From Bigelowiella natans CCMP2755 (lineage: Eukaryota > Protista > Cercozoa), in assembly GCA_000320545.1 (NCBI GenBank), contig ADNK01000559.1, positions 1-64,000 of the forward strand: a stretch of DNA of 64,000 nt. The letters are read 5' to 3'. The position numbers and the translations under genes were made by a program. Shown here in pieces: positions 13,965 through 26,618 of this stretch (its first letter is position 1; every line of letters begins with the position of its first letter). The notes beneath the pieces are model-generated. The model did no database searches. It worked only from the letters and a program-made list of their open reading frames with translations, and was not told the origin of the DNA.

Positions 13965-14796
13965 CACACATACTCAGAAAATCATTCGAAAAGACGCCGA
14001 CTCCATGCACAAGGTTTCTCCCAACAATGGTATTAACTAGCATGCATGTGGGTGAAAGGAGGAAGAGAGGATATGCATAATAAAGTCCTCCTCCTCCTCC
14101 TCATACTTCTCCCTCATTGCAGCATATGATGAACTCCCAAACCTTGGAGCTTAGTTCCTGTGCACTGTGCAGTTGTTCGTCCTGCTGATTCAAGCCGCTG
14201 CCGATTTTCCCCTGGTCCGATGGTGAAATAGGCGAGATCGAAGGCCGCACGCATTCGCTCGCTTTCAAGGTTTCTAATCGCGTATAGGTGGGCGAGAAGA
14301 TGCACATTCAATTATGATTGGGTGGTATTCTCAAGTAGTGATACAGGATATCAGTAGTATGTATTTACCAAAGCTCAATCAGTAGGATACAATAAGATCT
14401 AAAGATATATTTTCACCATCTTGTCCCCTCCCCACACGCTATTGAATTCGAAAGAAATCCTGGCCAGAACCCTCCCCATTTCACATCGGTCGCAGATGAA
14501 TCGTAAAAACGACAGACCTCGACACATAGGGCAGCGGTGTGTTTCTGTAGCCTTACTTGACAGGATCTCAGACAAACAGCGTGAGCAGAAGAAGTGACCG
14601 CACTGGATGATACATTCAAATACGTAAGGATGAATCGTTCGTCCAACACGTGACGACCAAAGCGTTGTTGGTTGGCCAATGAGGAATATTGGTTTCATCA
14701 ATATCGGAAAAATAGTGAAAGTATCACTCTTCTTCCCACCGGCCATTATCGAGATGATGAAAGTAAAATCTCGCAACACAAGCGAACAGTCCACTT

Positions 14797-14829
<33 letters not shown>

Positions 14830-15004
14830 TATACAAATACAAATACATTTATACATGGCATAAGGGCAGGTAGAGAGAAAAACGACCTTGGTTATCTTAG
14901 CATTCTCCCTGAGAAGAGGGTCAAAGCAGACGAGGCACATGATATCCTCACCGTCCTCATAAACGGCCTTGAGATATACATTTACCACCAATGAAGACTG
15001 TTAC

Positions 15005-15041
<37 letters not shown>

Positions 15042-15845
15042 TGAAACACAAAACTACTGGACAAAACGCATTGTTTGAATCCGTGCTCTCAGATAGCAGA
15101 TGATTCCTATTCGATACCGATTCACCTTAAAGCCTCCTCCTTGTTGGAAGACCTTCTCTAACTTAGAGAGCAGCGTCTCCCTCTCACTTACGGAAAGCCC
15201 ATCGCTCATCAATCTGAGCATGTTCGGGGATGTTGCAGCATTCATAAAAGGGGCAAGAAAACAGCTCTCCCTCCCTAATCTCCCCCCCCTCCCCCCCCCC
15301 TCTCTCTCTCCCTCTCCCTCTGTCTTGATTCGGCGCAAACACTCTCATGCACGTGAACCTGGCCAAGTGTTCCACTGGGACAAGATGGTAATCACAGCAT
15401 ATCTGCTTCAGCCTCGTGAGGCCACCTAAGCAATGATTAATGCGAGGGGGGGGGGTTAACGAAGGAGAAAGGACATCAGCCTGAATTAGCATAAACACAA
15501 AACCAAACAACTAAAAAGACCGATGCCATATGGGTGGTTGTGCTACGGTCATCGCCAATATAATACATAGATGAATACGATACGATACAATGCAACACAA
15601 CACACATAACCGCCTCCTGTATACCTAGGATCTGCCCGTATTTGCTGATGACAGCATCTTCCCCTCCTGCACGATATAGCCCAGATACCCAACTAGAAGA
15701 AACGATTGCATCAGTTTAGCACGTGTGCGAAAAATAACTCATCGAAATTCCGTGCAGTAGCAAGATAGCAACATCCTTGCTCTTCATTACCCTACCTGCG
15801 CATGTGGTCAATTACAGAATCGTATATCTGATGATAATTAGGATA

Positions 15846-15878
<33 letters not shown>

Positions 15879-16415
15879 ATGATGATTATGACGATGATGA
15901 TGGTTATGGAGGAGGAATACGCTAAGTTCATCAGGAATAAGACGATGGATGATGCGACAAATCTATCCCCCCCTCCATATTCCTCCTCCTCCCCCTCCTT
16001 TCTAAAGCAGTAATCCATGCTAGGCCCTACTCGTCTTTCGTGGTCATTCAGTTGTATCTTTGCAAGATGGATCTAAAATGTCGGTGGGGAAAGCAAAAGA
16101 GCAGGAATATGCGACGATGATGGCCTCAGTATATGCATTGATGATCACAGATACAACGCTTGGGGAGATAGATATGAGGAAGGAGAGGAAGGAGCTTGTG
16201 CGGGGGGAAACAATATTTTGCTTACATATTTCGGCGGCAGTCTCGTTGCATTGTGCATATTTAGAATGGTCTTGTTCCGCCGCAACCTACCAGCGCATAT
16301 TTAATTATACGCATAATTTGTTGGAACATGCTGTTCTAAGTATGAGTCCTTCCTCCTCCTCCTCCTCCTCCTCCTCCTGCTGCTGCTGCTGCTCATACTT
16401 GTGCTACTACCAGTA

Positions 16416-16447
<32 letters not shown>

Positions 16448-16584
16448 TTCCTACTACTAATACCCGATCGATTTGAACAACGTCCTTAATCTGGTAAGAG
16501 CAACATGGTCACCGCCTTTATACGGAACTCCTATGCTTTTGTCCCACCTACATAGGGCAGATGATGACGACAACGACGAGATGG

Positions 16585-16615
<31 letters not shown>

Positions 16616-17442
16616 AAAACAAGTCAAGGGAAAGAAGGCACGAGCAGGCGTGGTAGTGGTGGAAGTAATAGCAGCAAGAAATCAGGAGAAGGAGAAAGGC
16701 AAAGAGGCGAGGGGGGGAGAACAGATTCTTTTCTTAGACAGGGTAAGAGTAGCGGAGGAGGCAGCCATTAGAAAAAGAGTATCATCACCATATTTTGTTT
16801 CGATGAAAGGGGTCAATCTTGAGGATTCGCAGCACTGAATGGACGTCGTTTAAGCTGTTTACGACCGGAGTGCCTGCAGGATCATCGAAGCACACCGTTC
16901 ATTCATTCATTCGTTCGTTGGTGCGTGCGTGCGCAGTGCTATGGTTTATCGCCGAATCAACGATCATCACACAGCTAATCAACATGGCATTAAGTAGCAC
17001 ACCCCACGGGGAGAACTGTGGCGGCCGGATAGGGATGAAGCAATTCAATGGAAAACCGACCGAGCAGGTGGGAGGTTGTTATCATTGCTATCATCGTTGT
17101 TATTCACGCGTGGCAGCTGGGTATACATGCGCGCGCATATGAAGATCTCGACGGGAAAAGGGGAGGGAGAGTGGGTGTTTGTGATTGTCAATCATACCGG
17201 TAAGACACCATGTATACGTGGCATTGATCTGCATAATCGCACTGAAGCCTTTACTCCTGATGAAAGTAAGGAAGAAATAGAGACATAGAAAGAGAGGGGG
17301 GGATGAGGTTATTTTGCTTTCACGCAACAAGAGCCAAAGTGAGTGTGCGCAGTGAAAATGCGTCACTGCTACATGCGGGAGTCTTGTCTTCCCAACTTCA
17401 CACATCTCGTAGTAACAGAATATGCTAACAGAATATGCTCTA

Positions 17443-17475
<33 letters not shown>

Positions 17476-17524
17476 TCCTTAGCAGTGTGGTGTCGCAGCT
17501 TCTGATGGTGGTATCGCGGCAATT

Positions 17525-17560
<36 letters not shown>

Positions 17561-17603
17561 CTTTTGGTTTCTGAGCATGTGGACTTCATCCTGTAGTAGT
17601 AGC

Positions 17604-17637
<34 letters not shown>

Positions 17638-18107
17638 ATAGCATTAAGATTATATAATATCATATCTGTAAAGTATTCGAGACGTATGATATCGCGCGTG
17701 TGAAAGGTACAACGAGGAAGAAGATTGTCTAAAAAGTCAATCGTCATCATCGTGTGAAAGGTACAAAGAGGAAGAAAACCGTCTAAACAGTCAATCGTCA
17801 TCACCAATATCATCGGCATCATCAATACTTTATCATCAGTAGCCAGAGAGTAGTCACACACGCCACGATAACGAAAAGGGGGAGGAGGGGGGGAGATAGG
17901 GGAGACATGAAAGTGAAACGTCCTTACACACACCAGAATCATCCTCCGGAAGTTACGAGTTAGGTCAAAGAGTGAGGGTATCTTGGCCGTTGTCGCGGTG
18001 GTTGAGTTGCTACTACTACTGCTACTACTACTACTATTGATGGAGGAAAGAATATCAACTGCAAGGGTAGGATATGTCGTAAGAATCACGTTGACCCAAG
18101 AACGACG

Positions 18108-18138
<31 letters not shown>

Positions 18139-18284
18139 CGGCCAAGTTTCGCGTCTTTGGCGCTATTGTATTTGGAGTCGTTGTCTCTGTCGTTGTTGTC
18201 GTTGTAGTCGGCATTTGCATCCTCAAGAACACGAGCAAGGTTCTTTTGCAGATTGCGTTTGCGATTCTATTGCAAGGGTAACAC

Positions 18285-18327
<43 letters not shown>

Positions 18328-18665
18328 AAATAATTACGCGATGTACTACCATATAATGGTAGTGATATACATATTGCAACGTTGTCATCAGCAGCAGGTT
18401 GCATCAGCACAGCAGCAGACCGGTCCGTAATAGGTGTGGATGTGGAGAAGCCCTTCCTCCACATGACGCTTAATTTGGTCCTTTGTTTTCGTCAGCATTC
18501 ATGACGAACGAAGAAGCACACAACAGTGGCAGTAGCAGCAGCAACAACAACAAAAACAACAGTGAGCAGCCATCGTAGATAGTTAGTAAGAGTACACCCA
18601 CATCTTCGAGCTAAACATCGTTCTCCCATTAGCCTTGTAAAGGAGTGAGAAGCATAGAATGGCAT

Positions 18666-18708
<43 letters not shown>

Positions 18709-20171
18709 TACACTAGCGAAGAGAATCGATCAGGTTTATTTCTCATAGTTAGTAACTCTCTCTCTTCACGTGCTACTGCCAAAGATATGGATGGATTACC
18801 TCCCAGTGATGCAGAGCGGCGGGGGGGCACACGACGAGAGTCGCGTTTTCGAGGAGCATCTTCGGTGATAGCGACGATGAAGAGAAGGGGGAGGATGAAC
18901 CGTTGTCGTCGTAGCAATCCATCCGAAACACGCTCTTTCTATCAGTGAGAATGAGCCCCAAAGATTGAATTGTCTTGCCTGTTTTTGGGGTTTAAAATGC
19001 AAGTTGCAGTGGTAGGTAGTGGGTGAGTTTTCAAACGCTTTTCCGTGATGAGAAGCGTCGCCGGCGTTGTTGTTTCAGCGTCAAGTCGCATAGCATTAAG
19101 AATATCTGCCTTCTCTTGTTCGTATTTATTGCTTTCCATTCCATACGGGTGAGGTGGGGTGGGGGGAGGCATACCGAGTCCCATGTCGTCATAAAGCAGA
19201 CCCCCAAGCGATAGAATTGGGCGATTACTATAGCAAGGTAGGGGAAAGAGGAAGAAGAAGAAGAAGAAGAAGAAGAAGAAGACGTGATTTGAATAGATCA
19301 TTGCCCTTGATTCACCGATCGATCTCACAATATGTAATTTGTTCATGCAGCTATAGTAAGGTAGATAGATGTAGCTGCATATATCTGAGCATCATAACTT
19401 CCATGGCTGCTTTCACCTTTGCGAGTGGCCAGTGAGCGAGTTCACATAGAGTCCAGAACTATTCCATGAGGAGGCCATTTTGATATTGAAGAACATGTGA
19501 AAGAAGTCGTAAGTAGGAAGAAGAAGAAGAAGATGATGAAGATGATGATGATGATGACGAAGAAGAAGAAGAAGGAAAAGGAGAAGGAGACGAGAAGTAT
19601 TATTGCTGACAACGATGTAATGCATGTGATTGTGATGATGAAGGTGATGATGACGATCATCTGGGTGAGTGACAATAGGTGTTGGTGTAATCGTCGCCCC
19701 CATCCTGTAAGTATCTTCCCCAAATGAACAATGATGACAACGAAGTGTGACTACCGTTGCTCTCTCTCCCAGAAGACAGGTAGTACCGCTGTTGTCGCTG
19801 AATCTTCTTCCTCCTCCTCCTCCTCCCTCCCCTGCTCTATTCCACCTTCGCTAAACTCAACGCCCTCATCGTCGCGTTTGGCGCGATTTTGATGAGCAGC
19901 AATGCCGCTGCTGCTACCGCTGTTAGGTCGGAATCTTCTCGCCGTCATTCCACCCCTCCTCGCAACACATCGGCTGAGGAGCTTTCTTCCCTCTTTCTGC
20001 ACCATCCAACGTATCTTATGGGCGATCATAGCAAATAGGGAGGAGGAGACAAGAAGGACGCCACGCGTAAGCGTGGGCATATTTAGAGACATTTGTAATG
20101 ATAATAATAATAATAATAATAATAATAATATTAATAATACCCAGCAATAGAATATATGGAGTATAAAGATG

Positions 20172-20206
<35 letters not shown>

Positions 20207-20229
20207 GCCAGTACGACCGGTTGGTCAAA

Positions 20230-20266
<37 letters not shown>

Positions 20267-20540
20267 TATATATTCAAAAGGAAAGGGTTATCAGGTAGCA
20301 GAGGAGCAGCTCACCCCTGCGCACTGGTGCGGTTGAAGTTTTGTCTTGAGGCCATTAAGTGGTAGGCAGCTGCAATCCAACTCCCTGATGGCAGTATGGA
20401 TGTAGTTGATCGGTAATGGAGAGGAGGAGGAAGGGGGGGGGTGAGAAGAGACGGGAAAAGACGAAAATGCTCTATTATGGTGGGGCCATCATTAGTAGCT
20501 CACTTCCACAGTCGATAGCTCCACCATGATTATTATCGTC

Positions 20541-20574
<34 letters not shown>

Positions 20575-21505
20575 GCATCGTCATCGTCAGCGCCTCCCTC
20601 TGCCCCATAAGGTCCTCTCCTTACTTATCTTGCTGATTGGTGAGCTGGTCAAATATCTGCTCCATGTTCTCTTCCTATCGATGACGACAACAAAGACAAC
20701 GACGATGCAAAATCATGCGGCAACAACGATCAAACAGGCTTGTAGCATCGTGTGTAGCTCACTTTCTCTTTTCTCTCTTTTACCTGTTGTTGGTGGGTGA
20801 GTTGGTACTTGGGCTTGACATTTACCAAACCGCTATTCAAATGGTTGTTAGCGGAAGAAGTGCTCCCTAAACCAAAGAGGAGGAGGGGGAGGGACAGAAT
20901 GGGGAGGAAGATTATGCTACTGCTACTGCTACCACTACTACTGCTGCCACTACTACTACTACTACTACTACTACCACTACCGATCAAAGCTCTGCATTCC
21001 ATAATACTCCGTCCCCAGAACTGCGCGACGCTGCGTGGTGAGGGAGAGGGAAGATGAGGAAGGGGACAAGCTGCTACTCACAACAATAACAACAACAACA
21101 ACAACGACGACGACGACGACGACAACAACAACAACAAGGTGACCAACAACAACTTGCCTGTGCAGATTGAAGCCCCAGGTGAGAATATAGGCCTGCAGAT
21201 ACGATCTCGAGTCCGGTGAGCCGAAGAGGTGCACGTTCAGCAGTATCCTCCGCGAACTTAGAGAGGCCGCTTCTGAGCTCACCTGAAAACCACGAAATTA
21301 GGCGTAGATGGTAACGTTCGCGATGATGGAGATGGCGGGGGAAAGTAAGAACACAGGGCATCTTTATCCGAGAAGGGTGCGTGGTAGCGGAAGTTGTACA
21401 GCGCACCTGCACGACGGCGTCGGCGCCTACATACTGGCTTAACCGCCAATCGAGGATGGGGGCTAAGCATCCTGCGTGCCTACGCGTGCACACACACACA
21501 AACAT

Positions 21506-21546
<41 letters not shown>

Positions 21547-21617
21547 TACTCTTTTAAGAATAACGAAATCCAACCACTAAGAAAATGGTCAACATCCTCA
21601 TGGAAGATGTTCGTGTT

Positions 21618-21658
<41 letters not shown>

Positions 21659-22373
21659 GTGTAATATCAGCTCGAATAACAGCAACAAAGGTACCTTGAG
21701 GTAGCAGAGATCCATCCAATCTGGTAGGAAGAATAGGATGTGGAAGACGAAGAATCGTCGGTGTTTCTTGCGACACGGTTTATCACCTGAGAAGGAAGAG
21801 GAGGAGAAGAAGAAGAAGAAGAAGAAGACATAAAAAAATAATGGCCAAATTAATGATCATTAAGGGAAGAAGTACAGATGACTATATGATTCTGTTAGCT
21901 GCATCATCATCAGCAGCAGCAGCAGCATCATCACCATCAGCAGCATAACCTTGATCGCATCAGGGTCCCTTCTATTTTGAGGATCTCTACGCAAGTCGAC
22001 TCTATCGCCCACACGAAGAAATAACCCAGTCTGGTAGCGCCGTACACCTGTGATGGTGAAGGTGCATGATGATGATGACGATGACGATCATGATCATGAT
22101 GGCGGTGAGCAATCAGGCAAGACTAGAGTAGTGGCGAGGACCAAAGCACAATCATCAACTCATACTCAGGCATGAGGAGCTGTTGGTAATCATGATTCTT
22201 GTTACTATTACTACCGACACAGGGGACGTTCAGCATCGTGCCGAGGTACATCCTCCTGCTTCCGCCACTGCCTATTTTATTTAACGTCAACAATGATTAT
22301 GCAATGGATTGTTGCACGATATTAAACGCTTTCTAGCAATTCTGTACAGCGCCATCTGTGTGTGCGTGCGTGC

Positions 22374-22420
<47 letters not shown>

Positions 22421-23025
22421 TGTGCGTGTGCGTGTGAGTGGTGCGTATATTCGATCTTCTTACTGCTGCCGCTGCTGCTGCTGCTACTGCTCTGGGCCTG
22501 GAGTCGCTCGGTACATCGCTGGAGAAACGAGAATGCACTTTGAAAGATACTCATTCCCTGATTCTGTTGTTGTTGTTGTTGCTGCTGCTGCTGCTGCTGC
22601 TGGTAGCTGTGCTGATCCCTATCCGTACCAGTGCCTCCTTCTTGCCGTTGATGAGGGAGGGGGGGATGGTTGTTGTTGCTGCTGCTGCTTCCCTCACGGT
22701 TCTCAGCCCAGTCGTGATGAGAAGGATGTGAGTGCCACGAAAATCCTTCTGGAGGGGGGGGCAAGCCATATCTCGTTGGCTGCTCCTGTTGAAGAGGTTG
22801 GGGGTGGGAACTTCGTTGCATATCTTCTTCCATTGGCTCGTCTTGCTCTCCTGCTGCGAGCATGGATGCTTCTCCATTATCAGCATGGTAGTGATATTGC
22901 GAGCGATATTGCGAGCGATATGATGACGATAATTCTTGCTGATGAGGAGGCTGCCCTCCTCCTCCTGAGGGCTGATGGCTATGCCTGGAGAGAGATTTGT
23001 TAGTTTTTAAGAAGAGGTCAGCCAT
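12681..23025 (-). CDS. HLTF: HLTF/RAD5-like HIRAN + SNF2 ATPase + C3HC4 RING + helicase-C protein (>25 exons)
   Basis: Exons in correct order: HIRAN GVRRYQTG..VDLRRDPQNRRDPDAIK (~21950-22047); LQPHQCAG|IRWM; GGLLYDDMGLG|KT (~19200/18970); TLVVCPPAALHHW; VILTTY; DEVH (~17562-17590); WCLT|GTPVVNSLNDVHS; LRRNK..LPPK; LTRLKQICC; RING CLVC..|CGHFFCSRC..CPMCR; SQFTTFLD; IDGSM; LSLRAGGV; WWNPAVDMQAIDRVHRLGQ; stop at 12681-12683. Confidence 0.93.
13920..22440. repeat. Microsatellite-dense introns of the HLTF-like gene
   Basis: Most introns carry (CA)n, (GA)n, (TA)n, (GAT)n, (TAG)n, (GAA)n or G/C runs. Confidence 0.95.
17697..17803. repeat. Degenerate ~54-bp tandem duplication in an HLTF intron
   Basis: CGTGTGAAAGGTACAA.GAGGAAGAA....GTCTAAA.AGTCAATCGTCATCA occurs twice in tandem. 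Confidence 0.85.
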
Positions 23026-23318
23026 GAATCATATCTCCGATGTGCCACATCAATGAAGCACGTCACACCGGATTTGTGCATGTGTCAATATTCGGTGTGT
23101 AATTTAACACAGGTTTGGACATTCAATTTGTTATACGTGCCTGTTCTGAAGGAGAATCTCCACGGCACCATTCACGTCTCCACCGCTCGCACGGAGGGCC
23201 TTATTATTTGCCAAATCACTTAAGGTTACGTGTGCGACAAATCACAAATATGTGGTGTGCATCCAAGGACGAGCATATATTTACTATCCAACTCATGATC
23301 ATTAGTATTCTCTTACCG

Positions 23319-24830
23319 CTACGATTTGGTGGTTGTCGTTAAATCCCATCTCATGGAGCCACTAGGGGGAAAGTAAGGTATTTCGTGAGAAGAATTTGAA
23401 TTATACTTGAGCTTAGATTGAAGAGAGTGACTTTCTATGAGTAATATACTTATTAGCGCTAATAGTTTTTGCACCTTAAAATTGTTGGCGAGTTGGTTAA
23501 CAAGTTCGGGCTGCGCTGCCGCCGCCGTCGCCGCTGCTCCTCTCCCCGGTCCTCCTCCAGCAGCTAAAACTGAGTCGCGGCTCGACAAAGAAGAAGTTGA
23601 ATCATCGTCATCACCATACGACGGTAACATAACCATGCCCAAACGTCTTACACGCCCAGGCATGATTACCCCTTCTTCCGACCCCAACCTGCATGTTGAA
23701 AAGAAAGAGATATCAGTTTAGTTTCCTGCACGTTGCCACCCTCAGCATATGCTCACCTTTCGCAAAGCAAGCAGAAACAAATGATGATGGCCGCCAGGAT
23801 GAAGCGACCGCGTCTTCTGGTTCTCACGCTGCATCCCAGCCTCGAGGCAACTGGCCCAAGTCGCATGCTCAAGTTGGGGGGGGAGTGGATCCGGCCCAGG
23901 CAATAAAAGGAGGGGAGTGAGGGCAGTGTTACGTGATTAAGTCAGCTCCCAGCTGTACTCTCCATCATCCCCGCTTGCTCGTCGTGAGCGTTGGTCACGT
24001 GGCGGCTGATCAGATCTTCAAGCACCATTTGGTGGTGGAGCTCTGGATGAATAGTAGAAGATCATGCAAGTAGTAGTGTTACATTGTGCAGCCAATTTCA
24101 CCATCTAAACCAGGGTTAAAAGCCACCAAAGCCCGAGAATACAGGGTCCTACCTACTTCAACATCATACATGCACACCCAGCCGCATACGACCGATGTAC
24201 TTACCACAGCACTAGGTGCACAAGATTCACCCATGCCCACAAGAGTGCTAACAGCAAATCCGTTTGTTATAGTCTAATGGTTAAGATTATTCTCTGAAAA
24301 AGAATAGGTCTAGGTTCGATTCCTAGTAACAACCCCAAAACATGCACTCTGTTTTTGTTTAATGTTTTGCCTTTTTTTGGAAAGATCTACTTCTTGCCTT
24401 GGTACTCGTAGCTTTTTTTTGGAGAACATTATTAACCCCGACGACATCTGGAAGAAGGCGGAGAGAACAATACTGGAAATTTCCATTATTCCCTAGATCT
24501 TCAGAGATTGTCGTAGGTTCAAAATGCAATGTAGTCGTAAGCTTTCCGATCACATACCTGCGACAATTGAAAACTACCATGCGAACAGTCAAAAAGATCC
24601 AATTACAAATATGCGACAACATTCTAGCAATTCGTTCGTTGTCGCAGTTGGAAAATCCCATGGTATTTCCACTATCGGCTCGGCTATGAATGAGAAGGAG
24701 AAGGAATCCAGAGAATCTCACACAAAACATAGGCCGTCGTTGCTACAGCGGTCATTAATCACAGCAATGCGAACGAGCTGTGGCAATGATAGACATGTAA
24801 TGCCATAGCAGGAAGTATAAAAAGAACATA
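23319..24830 (-). CDS. Probable small multi-exon gene of unknown function (5' limit uncertain)
   Basis: Spliceable exons: LGSEEGVIMPGRVRRLG...NQLANNFK| then LKYNSNSS...TTTKS* (stop 23319). Upstream exon candidates at ~24400-24810 (EPIVEIPWDFPTATTNELLECCRI; VVGVNNVLQKKATSTK). No motif recognised. Confidence 0.4.
24263..24337 (+). tRNA. tRNA-Phe(GAA)-like gene, AT-rich, encoded CCA, atypical acceptor stem
   Basis: Cloverleaf: acceptor TTTGTTA/TAACAAC with a 1:72 mismatch; D arm GTCT-AATGGTTA-AGAT; anticodon arm ATTCT-CTGAAAA-AGAAT (GAA at 24296-24298); 4-nt variable loop; T arm CTAGG-TTCGATT-CCTAG; C73 then CCA. A T5 run follows at 24352-24356. Confidence 0.75.
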
Positions 24831-25112
24831 AAGTGAAAGTTCAATTTTGCGCTAAAACATCCGTTGTCTGCTCATCATGCTGTTAAGCAAAATCGGCATT
24901 AGAGTGCTACGTTTGAGACACAGATATACGTACTGGTGCGCTTCATTGCATGCTTTTGACTAGTGCGGCATTGAAAGCGGTTATTTGTGTTCAGTATAAC
25001 CCATAGATATGCATGCAAGTAACAGCCAATACAGCAGAGAGACTACGATACGAACCCTAATGCGACACATCCACAAATGCGTCAACAAAACTGCACATTG
25101 CTGTTCATTCTT

Positions 25113-26528
25113 CTACTCCTTAATAAACACTTTGGGTGGTGGCCCGTTGCAATATTGCGATACCGAATACCCATCAACTGGTGGAACAGCCACGTCCTTT
25201 TTCACATGGTAGAAACCCCTCCCCCCTACATCCAACACAGTGAAAGACAGCACAGCAGCAGAGAGGAGGTTATCCAAAAGACAAAAAAATGTTGTAAAGT
25301 AGATTGGGTGTACGATGTTTTTCAGCCACTCTATTTCTCGAGGCTTACAAGCAGTAAACAACATGCTGAAACAACCTGAACTCTTTATCATCCAGCCCAA
25401 ACTGGGATCGTAGCTGATCGTCGAAGGATACTTCGCAGATTCGTTCCGATAAACAGCATGGCCGTTCGTAACCTTTTCCATAAGTTTATAGACGCCATTC
25501 ATCTCTTCCATTCCTGCACCAACCACTGCCAGATTAGAAGGCTGTGGACTATTCAACGAAAGACCTGAAGGGGTTGAAGCTAGTGAGATATATGAAGCAA
25601 AAATGAATGATTATTCCCATCGAAGTTCACCCAATAGTTCTCAGTTCAATGCTTCTTACAATGCCAAACAGATATACTTCATCTTGCTCGTGATGATTTA
25701 CCGGAGGTTTGCTGTGCGAGGCTATTCGCAGAATTGCTGGAAGGCCCTTTGAATCCCGGCCCAGTCACCTGTTTCACCTGTGCATACGATTTTCCAAGCA
25801 ACATTAAGACTGGGGTTGGCCGTAGTCGAAAGTAGCACTTGCTCACAAGCTCCTTCGTACCTCCTTTTTCTTCAATGGTGTCCCATCCTTGTCCGCAGGA
25901 AGCACTGTGGGTGGTGGCCCGTTGCAATATTGCGATACCGAATACCCATCATCTGGTGGAACAGCCACGTCCTTCTTCACATGGTAGAAACCCCTCCCCC
26001 CTACATCCAACACAGTGAAAGACAGCACAGCAGCAGAGAGGAGGTTATCCAAAAGACAAAAAAATGTTGTAAAGTAGATTGGGTGTACGATGTTTTTCAG
26101 CCACTCTATTTCTCGAGGCTTACAAGCAGTAAACAACATGCTGAAACAACCTGAACTCTTTATCATCCAGCCCAAACTGGGATCGTAGCTGATCGTCGAA
26201 GGATACTTCGCAGATTCGTTCCGATAAACAGCGTGGCCGTTCGTAACCTTTTCCATAAGTTTATAGAGGCCATTCATCTCTTCCATTCCTGCACCAACCA
26301 CTGCCAGATTAGAAGGCTGTGGACTATTCACCGATAGACCTGAAGCATAAGATTTTTTCTGGGACATTGGGGCTGGGGTCTGCAGTTATTGCAAGCTTCA
26401 ACTCTTTTCGATATCTATCAGAGATGAAGAAAAGAATAAATGTAGGCCAATTTCAAAAAAATCTTGGTTGTGGAACTTGTCGCAGCAAAAGAATTACACA
26501 AATCCCGAGATTCACAACTAGACACCAT
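25113..26528 (-). CDS. Unknown protein with two copies of a small GAG..E.NG.Y...W.I...PP..G domain (start approximate)
   Basis: ORFs 25113-25556 and 25843-26367 both encode LAVVGAGMEEMNG(V/L)YKL...GHAVYRN...ISYDPSLGWMIK | GGRGFYHVKKDVAVPP.DGYSVSQYCNGPPP, each split by a 150-nt GT-AG segment read as an intron. Stop at 25113. Confidence 0.65.
25128..26345. repeat. 443-bp direct duplication (25128-25570 and 25903-26345; offset 775)
   Basis: Near-identical by eye, about 7 substitutions, all in the exon parts. The internal 150-nt intron is identical in both copies. Confidence 0.95.
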
Positions 26529-26618
26529 GGGAATCGGCCCGTGTCGGAAAAGCCCCCAAACTTTAGGCAGCTCCAGCTACGGGGAGGACGCTCCCGCCAG
26601 GGAAGAAGGAGAAGCGCC

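Noticed and set aside
14399-22543. Many 60-170 aa ORFs with poly-HT, CV, RE, SL, YI, M or I tracts (also 36400-48063 and 55000-59450)
   Set aside because: They are translations of intronic microsatellites; only sub-segments are real exons.
23925-24252. AGTGTTAC recurring at ~150-nt spacing, considered as a CRISPR-like or capture array
   Set aside because: Only two exact 8-mers and one poor third copy, which is expected by chance. No CRISPR array or cas gene is seen in the window.
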